NCBI RefSeq assembly: GCF_009914755.1
Contig: NC_060933.1
Length of the DNA: 64,000 bases
From: the human T2T-CHM13v2.0 reference genome, Homo sapiens
Strand: one strand, 5' to 3'
The first letter of the stretch is position 1. Every line of letters begins with the position of its first letter. Of this stretch, positions 52,100-64,000 are shown one piece after another. The position numbers and the translations under genes are program-made. Below the pieces are notes generated by a model that saw only the letters and a program-made list of their open reading frames with translations, was not told the DNA's origin and ran no database searches.

Positions 52100-53060
52100 C
52101 GGGGGAGGCGGGGAAACAGGTGAATAGGAAGGGCTGTCTGGGGTGGGGGGAGGGGAGGGGAAACAGGTAAAGAGGAAGGGCTGGCTGGGGTGGGGGGAGG
52201 GGGAGAAACAGGTGAAGAGGAAGGGCTGTCTGGGGTGCAGGGAGGGGAAACAGGTGAAGAGGAAGGGCTGGCAGGGGTCTGGGGAGGAGAGGGGAAACAG
52301 GTGAAGAGGAAGGGCTGGCAGGGGTGGGGGGAGGGGAAACAGGTAAAGAGGAAGGGCTGGCTGGGGTGGGGGGAGGGGGAGAAACAGGTGAAGAGGAAGG
52401 GCTGTCTGGGGTGCAGGGAGGGGAAACAGGTGAAGAGGAAGGGCTGGCAGGGGTCTGGGGAGGAGAGGGGAAACAGGTGAAGAGGAAGGGCTGGCAGGGG
52501 TGGGGGGAGGGGAAACAGGTAAAGAGGAAGGGCTGGCAGGGGTGGGGGGAGAGGGGGGAAACAGGTGAAGAGGAAGGGCTGGCTGGGGTGGGGGGAGTAG
52601 GGGGGAAACAGGTGAAGAGGAAGGGCTGGCAGGGGTGGGGGGAGGGGGAGGGGAAACAGGTGAAGAGGAAGGGCTGGCTGGGGTGGGGGGAGGGGGAGGG
52701 GAAACAGGTGAAGAGGAAGGGCTGGCTGGGGTGGGGGGAGGGGGAGGGGAAACAGGTGAAGAGGAAGGGCTGGCTGGGGTGGGGGGAGGGGGGGAAACAG
52801 GTGAAGAGGAAGGGCTGGCAGGGGTGGGGGGAGTAGGGGGGAAACAGGTGAAGAGGAAGGGCTGGCTGGGGTGGGGGGAGATGGGGGAAACAGGTGAAGA
52901 GGAAGGGCTGGCCGGGATCAGGGGAGAGGGGGGAAACAGGTGAAGAGGAAGGGCTGGCAGGGGTGGGGGGAGGGGGAGGGGAAACAGGTGAAGAGGAAGG
53001 GCTGGCTGGGGTGGGGGGAGACGGGGGAAACAGGTGAAGAGGAAGGGCTGGCCGTGGCAG
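52100..53060. repeat. G-rich VNTR, about 21 units of 42-48 bp
   Basis: Core gaaacaggtgaagaggaagggctggc(t/a)ggggtggggg repeated; 176-bp higher-order repeat visible. Confidence 0.97.
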
Positions 53061-53687
53061 GGGGACAGGGGGTGGGCTGTGCAGTCGGAGGGGACAGAAC
53101 ACACCAGAGAGCAGGCATCCTCCACCTGTCGGGGAACTGTGCCGTCCGGGCCATCCTCCACCTGTCGGGGAACTGTGCCGCCCGGGCCTGTCCTGCCTGG
53201 CCGCAGGTACCCTGCATAAGGCTGCTCTGCACACCCCAGATGATTTTATAGCCAATGGAAAGAGTGGGGAAAGTATGGAACGACTTCAAATACAGGTGTC
53301 AGAATCGCTTCAGTCACAAGGGAGGAAGCCATAGGGAAAATATAGACATGAAAGCCAAGGGCGGTTTGTCTGTCAAAGAGAAAAGCATCCACACAGGGAG
53401 ACTCAGCTCAGCCACAAAGCAGTCCCTTAAGAGAAAAAACATTTTCCCTTACAACTGGGATTAAGCCCTTCCAAGAGTTCTTCAAGGAGACACCAAAATG
53501 GTGCCACCAAAATCTCTCAGATTATTGAAACAAGCACTGAAAAAGGACAATGATTCTTGTGTTACCCCAGGAACAAGACTTCATGAAGAGATTCCTACTC
53601 TCCACATGGTCCACAGGTGGGAGGAACAAACATTCCTGTTCCACAAAGACCCAGAATTCACTGGATACTGATAAAATGTTTACTAGA

Positions 53688-54270
<583 letters not shown>

Positions 54271-54960
54271 CAGGTTTAGCCCCAAAATGGCATCTGACTA
54301 AACAGCATACAGCTCCTGTGAGCCCACATTCAACATTTCTGACACATTTGATCCATCTTTGGTTTCTACAGAAGACAAAGAAGATAGGCTTAGAGGGAGA
54401 AGATGGCTTGGTATTGAAGAAGGGGTAGATCCCCCTCCCAATGTACAAATAAATACATTTGAAGCTACTGCACAGGTTAATCCCTTAAAGAAACTGGGGC
54501 CAAGGTTAGCTCTTGGAGTTGCTGAAATAAGTGGGGACAGTTCTGCAATTCCACAAGCTGACTGTGACTCAGAAGAGAATCCAAGCGCCCTGTGTTTGCA
54601 GTCACGGAGGCAGAAGTAGCATCAGTATCTGGAGACAGCCTTGCCCATGTTAGCAGACGGGGAGCTTGGAAAGTCCACACACAGACTGATTGCACACACT
54701 GCCTCATGCCCGCTTTGCTTCAGATTACAGGGAATCACTGTGACGGGGGAGTGAGGGACTGTTAGGAAGCAGAAGCCCTTCTGGAAAGGAAACTCGAAGG
54801 CCCTTTTTTGCTCAGGGACTCTGTGCAAGAGGACACCTCCTCTCTGTGAGCTTCCGCCGCTGCACCCGGTCCCTTTATGCACAGATTGAGCAGTGGGATC
54901 ACAGCGTGTGTTTTGATGGCCATGGCCCATGTGTATTTCACTCCTCCGCTGTAACAGGTC

Positions 54961-55100
54961 TTTTATTTTTATTTTTATTTTTTTGTTGTTGTTGTTGTTT
55001 CTTTTTGTTATCGTTTTTGTTTTTGAGAGGGAGTCTTCCTCTGTCACCTAGGCTGGAGTGCAGTGGCGCGATCTTGGCTCACTGCAACCTCTGCCTCCTG
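54961..55100 (-). mobile_element. 5'-truncated Alu
   Basis: TSD ctgtaacag(g/a)tctttta. Confidence 0.9.
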
Positions 55101-55143
55101 TAACAGATCTTTTAGAACATGATCAAAATCCCAGTTCCTGCAT

Positions 55144-55488
<345 letters not shown>

Positions 55489-55617
55489 TAAACAGGACCT
55501 TTCCTTTCAGCCTGCGGCATCTGTCTGCAGGAGTCTGCAGGTGCACTGCGTATGATGCAATCAGTGGGCTCCCTTTATCATCAACGTGGCAGAATTTTTT
55601 AAAGGACTATCATTATA

Positions 55618-55910
55618 GGCCAGGCACGGTGGTTCACGCCTGTAATCCCAGCACTTTGGGAGGCCAAGGGGGGTGGATCACGAGGTCAGGAGTTCGAGAC
55701 AAGCCTGACCAACATGGTAAACCCCCGTCTCCACTAAAAATACAAAAAATTAACTGGGTGTGGTGGTGCGGGCCTGTAACCCCAGTTACTCAGGAGGCCG
55801 AGGCAGGAGAATTGCTTGAACCTGGGAGAAGGAGGTTGCAGTGGGCCGAGATGGCGCCACTGCACTCCAGCCGGGGTCACAGAGCGAGACTCCGTCTTGA
55901 GAAAAAAAAA
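55618..55910 (+). mobile_element. Alu
   Basis: TSD tatcattata, within SOCS-box codons. Confidence 0.95.
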
Positions 55911-56717
55911 AGGGGTATCATTATAAACAAAAAGTTAGGTTTTGCTAACTAGAAAGAGAACCAGTCAGGGCAAAGCAAACTGTCCTGTCCCCAAAGGGTG
56001 TTAACTCAGTTCACTTTTGTGTGCATCAGACAGTGCCCCAGAACAAGCACACACATCACTGCTGGGTTTTTTCATGCCATCTTTGACCTTAGTGCTGGTA
56101 TCTGTTAGGTGCGACCTGCTGTTATTTATCCAGATGAACGTGGTGCCTGGTGGAGCAACAGGAGACACCGCTCCAGGTGTTCAGTAAGCCTACCAAAACA
56201 TGTGGCCGATGTAGCTAACAGATGGGTTTGTAATGGCTGTAGTCATTGAGTGAGGCAGGTCAGGGGCATCTGCTCTGACGAATTCAATTTCTTACTGAAG
56301 AACAAATAATTAATATTGGATGAGTATTGCAACTGTCTGACTAATGCCTAAAATTATTTTTTCTAAGAGTTTTTCTATCATCTTCCAAAAGTAGTGACGT
56401 TTGAAGTTACTATAAGTCAAGCTTTATAAGTCAAAAAAAAAAAAATGAAAGACTGCCTTCCTTTTAGGAAAAGAAATGCAGTTTTCTGGCCACGAGGGCA
56501 TAGTGCAGTTCACTTAAGTGTTGATGTATTTTATAGTCAGATTCTTTCTCTTCTCCAAAAGCTACTGTTAGGTAAACCAGCTTTTCTAAATAGTCATTCT
56601 TAAAATTTCATACTTATAAAGTTAGTAGTAGAATTTCGTCTAAAGGTCCTAGGTATTAATATTTTTAATGAGTGTTTTAACTTAAAACAGGTATGTGGAA
56701 TCGCTTCTGCAATATAG

Positions 56718-57047
<330 letters not shown>

Positions 57048-57274
57048 TAATTTTTTAAAGTTGATGTGCAGTCTAATCATTGTTTCATGAAAGTTGGATC
57101 TTTCCCTATGCCCATGACGATTTCACGAACCATGAAGAACACGAGACTAGAAGATGCCCCATCAAGACAGACAATAATAACTGCAATGGTTGCTGATGTT
57201 GAGTTTATTGTTAAACTGTAATTAATACTTTGGATAGCAGTAGTTACCTCTTTGTTGTAAATTCTTATAGCTGA

Positions 57275-57579
<305 letters not shown>

Positions 57580-57804
57580 TCATAGCTGAACTGCTTAAGT
57601 ATAATGTATCGAATTTCAGGGCAGTTCATTCTCAATGGAAAATCTGAAACCTAAATTGCAAATTTAAAAGGTGCTGTACAACCATTGTATCTGTAAACGA
57701 CTTTACTTAGCAACTTTTTGTCACCTGGAATACTATGTAATACTATTTGAGTGGGCTCTTTTGGAAGTTACATCAGGTTCTAGTGTCTGCTTCTTAGAAT
57801 CTGA

Positions 57805-58267
<463 letters not shown>

Positions 58268-59018
58268 AGAAAAGCTGTATTTGTATGCAACACTAACCCT
58301 TGGACTGTGAATGTATGTTTCTTCTTGCTGTGCCTTGTTACAGCTGCTTTTTTGTGCTAATAAAGTACGTTTGGTGTTCTCCTTGTTTTTTGTTGTTGTT
58401 GTTGTTTTTGTTGTTGTTTGTTCGTTTTTTTAAGAGTATATTTAAATGAGAAACAACCACATTAAAAAATGCTTCTTTGGTAATCACAGAAGTGAAAATT
58501 AAAGCTATAATGAAATAACACCTCACATCCATCAGACCAGCTGAAAACAAAAAGACTAACAATGATAAACCTTGGCAAAAATACAGGACAGCTTGGACAC
58601 CCATGCCCTGCCGGTAGGAGCGTGAACAGCACAATCTCTTTGGAAAACTCGCAGTGCCTTCTAACGACAGTGAAGAAACGCCCACCCTATGACCCCCTAA
58701 TTCTACTCCTATATATACTCCTATATATAATATACACTCCTATGTATATACCCAAAAGACATGTGTGCACATGTTTACTGGGAGACAGGCATGAGAATGT
58801 TCACAGCTGCCTTATTCATAATTGTCAATCAAGAACGGATAACTTGTGATGTTCATAAAATGGGATTTGACAAAATTCAACAACCAGTCCTTAAAACCAG
58901 AACAAAACAAAAACGTGGATAAAAAGAATAGTTGGATACTTCATATCTATCTCTGTCCAAACCCCAGCATCATGCTTAATGGAAAACACTAGAGAATTTT
59001 CCACTAAAGGCAGGGACA

Positions 59019-59245
59019 ACTGTAATCCTAGTGCTTTGGGAGGCCAAGGTGGACGGATCACTTAAGGTCAGGAGTTTGAGACCAGCCTGGCCAATACTGT
59101 GAAACCCTGTCTCTACTAACAATACAAAAATTAGCTGGAAATCACTTGAACCCGGGAGGCAGAGGTTGCAGTGAATGGAGATCATGCCACTGCACTCCAG
59201 ACTGGGCAACAGAGCAAGACTTTGTCTCAAATAAATAAATAAATA
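59019..59245 (+). mobile_element. Alu with internal deletion
   Basis: ttagctgg jumps directly to aatcacttgaaccc. Confidence 0.9.
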
Positions 59246-59278
59246 GTCAGAGACAAAATGGGTTGCCGAGAGTCATAG

Positions 59279-59705
<427 letters not shown>

Positions 59706-62157
59706 ACACGTGATTTATAAGTAGGACAGGGCTGCAGCCCACTGTTCTCTGAGCTCTGCCCTCAGAGGAGTCCTTCATTTCCATAAGGAAAGGCCCCTGT
59801 GGGCAGCTGATTTGCTTTCTCACTCTAGTTCTTCCACAGTGAAAGTGAGGCACCCAGAAGCCCTTGTGCAACTTGAACTATCTCCATTTGCACTGTGGGG
59901 CTTTCACCAATAGAATTCCCTTTAAAACTCTGTGAATTACTTATGAATGCGAGGCAAGTCCTCTTCATCCAACAGCGTCATGCCCACAGATCTTTTTTAG
60001 ACAGTCCTTTCTTCGACTTGGGTGGGATGTGACGGTGCTATGGGACAACACCCTTAAGATTCTTAGAAGTTTGTTTGTTTCCCTGGGAGGCTGTACTGGC
60101 CACTGCCTGAAGTCTTTCTGAGGTTTTAACAAAGGACTTAAGCTACACGTTTGATTTGATCTTTACTCTGTGACCACTTCTTTGAAACAGTTTTATTCCA
60201 GTCCAGCAATCTGGGCTCCTCTCTACTTCCTCTAGATTTCTCTTGCAAACTGGATGGTTGTCATTTCAACTCACCTCTCTCTCTCTCTCTCTCTCTGGAT
60301 CTCACACAGTGAAATGAAACTACCTGTCAATTTCAACATTCTACTGAGAAATCTTCTTGGTGGGATCCCACAAGTTTGTCAGGTGCATTTTCTATCTTGT
60401 AAGTTACAGCAGATAACATTTGGCCAGATGTTGGGCTACCATGTAACACCATTTTTCCACTAGCTATAGCATTTTTTACACCTTTCCAGACTCCACTAAC
60501 AGTTTTCCATTTTCTCAGCCCTTGCTAATAGTTTCCTTGCCACTTTTCCATTTTCTGCCCACTGTTTGGTCCCAAACCTATGGCACATGGTTTAGGTTTT
60601 TGTACAGCAGCACCCCACTTCTGGATTCCAATTTCTGTTTCAGTCAGCTTTTGCTGCATGACAAACACCCCCAAAACTAGTGGCTTAAAGCAACGGCCAT
60701 TTCATTTGTCATCATTCTCTCGGTCAACAGCTTGGGCTGTGCTCAGCTGGGCCATTCTTCTGCTGGTCTCAGCTGCTCTCCTGCATCTGTGGTCGGTTGG
60801 TGAGTTGGCTAGTGGCTGGGTGATCAAGGTGAGGACCTCCACTAGGACAGCTCACTGCCATCCTGGAGGTTTGTCATTCTCAGCCCATCCCACAACCCTG
60901 AGCACAGCCGATTACAGCAGATACCTGACCCAAGGACACAAACCCACAAGTCGGTGTGTCAGCTGTGACTTGGGAGCCCAGCTCAGAAAGGTGACCCTAG
61001 CCAGACTCCTTGGAACTGAGCTCAAGCATTAGACACAGAGCTGCTGTTGTGGAGGTCCCTGTAGCCAAGCATCTGGGGTATAGCAAAGGCTGGTAGCTGT
61101 GTTCTGCCATGCTGGCTGTGGGCCCTCGAGAGAAGCTGGTCACCTGGAGCAGAGGCCTGGGAGGCTGCCCAGAGAGGCGGCAAGATCCACCTTAGGATAA
61201 AAGCTCCTGCCAACCTCTGCTCCCTGTGCTGCACAGCCAGCCCCCGGGTTCCCTCAAACAGCAAACTCCCCGTCATTTGAGTCTGGGTGGACAGCTTCTC
61301 CTTCATGCTCCCAGACCAGCGAGCCCCCCGGTCCACTTCCACCCAGGTCTCTCTCCTGCCTGCCCGCCCTCTCCATACCCAACTGGGACACCTCCACTTC
61401 TCCCGAATGACCACGGTCCCCAGCCTCCCAACTGTCTTGTAGTTGTTCCCGTCGCCACAAACTTAAAGTCCACGGCGGCCAGCTGGCCTTTCTAGACACA
61501 AACAAGAACATGTCGCTTCTTCCCAAAGTACTCCCCAGTCACAGCCCCTCTGAAGCAGCTCCCCTCCCGCTGGAGTTCCCGGCTCTGATGAGGAGTCCAC
61601 GTCCGTCCTTTCCCACTCTGCATCCTCCCAGCTCCCCGGCCTCTGACCTCTAGTTGGGATCCACTCATGGGGGCCCTGGCAGGAGATCAGAGGGTGGGAA
61701 GGAGGAAGCTGGTGGTTCCTCCCCATCCTTGCAGAGCCTGGCGCACATTTCCTCCCCTCGCCCCTCAGAGGAGATGCTCCCAGCTTGCGTTCTTAACCCG
61801 GCCCCATCACTTGGTAAATTGTCCCTCGTTAAATCAACTTATAAACACATGCCTGAGAATTTAAAGCTGCTATTGTTATTTTGTATCAAAGGAATAAAAG
61901 TGGAATTTTTTAGGAATAAAAATGCGATTTTGAGGAAATCAATTGTAAGGCATAAAAATGTGATGTGGGGAAAACACTTCTTATGCATCTTCGTCCTCCC
62001 TTCTCCTCCTCCCCACGTTGCTAACATGACTTCAGGTCTACTTATCTGTCAGCACTGGAACCCCTGGGGTCCTTGGGGCTGGGAGAATCAGGACCAAGAA
62101 GGCAGGACCAAGAGGCCTGGCTGTGCAGATGGTCAACTGGCTGAAGGATGGAGACAG

Positions 62158-62510
62158 AGGTGAAAGCAGGGATGGAGGTGAGGGGAGGGATGGAGGTAAG
62201 GGTGGGGGTGGAGGTGGGGGAGGGATGGAGGTGGGGGAGGGATGGAGGTGAGGGGAGGGATGGAGGTAGTGGGGATGGAGGTGAGGGTGGGGATGGAGGT
62301 GGGGGAGGGATGGAGGGGAGGGTGGGGATGGAGGGGAGGGTGGGGATGGAGGTGAGGGGGAGGGAGGGAGGTGAGGGGAGGGAGGGAGGGGAGGGGAAGG
62401 GAGGGAGGGGAGGGGAAGGGAGGGAGGTGAGGGGAGGGATGGAGGTGAGAGGAGGGATGGAGGTCGGGGAGGGATGGAGGGGAGGGGAGAGATGAGGGGA
62501 GAGATGGAGT
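62158..62510. repeat. G-rich low-complexity tandem repeat (gggatggaggtgagggga-like)
   Basis: Purine-rich runs with an 18-bp degenerate unit. Confidence 0.92.
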
Positions 62511-64000
62511 TACAGGGTGGGGGATTGGGCCACCTCCACCAGGAGAAGGTGTTTCAGAAAGGCGAAGCCGCCCTCCCCAGGATCATCCATGAAAATCCCA
62601 ACAGGGGCACTGAAGCCGGCAGTAGTCCTCAGAATGTTCACAGCTTCCTCCAGGATGTGAGAAATGTCGGTGCACTTACCACTCCACCATGTCTACCAGA
62701 GAAGAGAGGACCGCGGTCACCTGCTTGTGCTGCTCCCGCGGCGCCTCTCCTGCGGGCTTCGCCTGTAGTGGTAGTGGGAGAGAAATGGGTGGAGAGAAGG
62801 TCGTGGTTTGGGGTTTTCAGAGCAGTTTAAAGAAAACAGTCTGTCATCTGAAGCTGAAAAGCCAGTGCGGTAATATCTGATTGTCACTGGGTATTGTCTG
62901 GCCTAGGAATGAAAGTGACTGGGCAGAAAAGGCCTTTTTAGCGCCATCTGTCTCCTGGAGTCCTGGTCGCTCACTGTGCTTTACCAAAAAAAAACAATTA
63001 ATTAGTTCATAGGCTGGCGAGGAGTCTCCTCTGGTTTGGGGCCAAGAAGCCACCTGCCCCACTGGGCTCTGTCTTTTTCCTGGAACCCTTCCTGCTTCTT
63101 TGTTCAGCCTCCCACGGGACAGCGAACTTCAGTGGCAGCGCTGGTCTTGCTGACCCACCCTCCCGACTTGGACAGGGCCTGCCTGGCATGGCAGGTGCTG
63201 TGAAGGAAGCCACAGGATGGAAACCCTGATGCTCTGCAGACAGAAACAGCTGCCGGGCTTGGGGACCTGGCTGGATGTCTTCCCCCTGTGCCTCTGTTTC
63301 TCCATCTGTATAGTGGGATGGCTGGCAGGGCCCAGGCCCCTCCTACCATCCATTCCAGGGCTGCTGCTCTCTGAAAATACATCCAAGAACACAGGTACCT
63401 GGACGTGGTATTCCTGGATGGTTCTCAGCACGTGTTCCAGCAGGGCAAGAAGGGCCCAATCCAAGAGACTGCAGCAGCCCTGGAAAGCCAGTGTTTACAG
63501 TGGATAAGGACCACAAAAGAACAAGAAGGAACATCCCTCCAGGTGGGCTGGTCTACCAGGCTTCATGGGGAAGGGTCTCAGAGGTCCTGTTTGAGGCAAC
63601 CTGGGCTGGGGGCAGGGGGAGGTACACCAGGGGAGGGAAAGGAAGAAGCCATGGTGAAGGCTTTTCTGATGGGTTTGGTGACTGGGGATGAGGGGTGGGT
63701 GGCAGGTAGAGGAGCCAGGGTCCCTGGTAGGCAGGACAGGAGGTGCCCAGTCACAACTTTGGGGACCATGGGGCTGGAGGAAAAGGAGGCAAAGAAGCAG
63801 TTGGGGCGGGAAGAAGCAGCTCAGCTAAGGCCCGGAGGGGTGCAGAGGCTCGGGGAGAGCCAGCCCTCTGATGGCAGGCCCTACTGCAACAGGAGCCGTA
63901 TGAGTGCCACTGAGACTGGGAAGGGCAGAGAGTGAAGGATGCCACTGATAGAAGGTCTACTGTCTATGAGGTCCCCATAACCTCGGTGGTGGAGACATGG

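Noticed and set aside
52070-53255. 363- and 389-aa proline-rich ORFs
   Set aside because: Antisense translation of the G-rich VNTR.

Overview
Primate genomic DNA, human-like, with dense Alu, L1 and ERV content and no intact cellular protein-coding gene that I can support. The left 26 kb is GC-rich with several VNTRs and a small CpG island. The middle (about 26-52 kb) is an LTR/L1 graveyard. It holds two MER41B-type LTRs with intact tandem GAS motifs, LTR8-, MER4- and THE1-type solo LTRs, and a minus-strand HERV-E-family provirus (42814-50222; tRNA-Glu PBS, CCAC TSD, env mostly deleted). The provirus sits inside an old L1 and itself carries an antisense solo LTR in pol. At about 52.1-58.4 kb lies a processed pseudogene of SOCS5 with a putative TSD, broken by about 8 Alu pieces, with a G-rich VNTR expanded inside its retrocopied 5' leader. 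From recall this is probably SOCS5P2 at 9q34.3, which I could not verify. Almost all ORF-track entries are spurious (repeat-derived or GC-rich noise). I found no convincing new biological system. The best leads are regulatory (STAT1-type MER41B, nested LTRs, CTCF-like site) and structural or evolutionary oddities. Repeat subfamily names come from recalled consensus sequences, and Alu/L1 boundaries are approximate.
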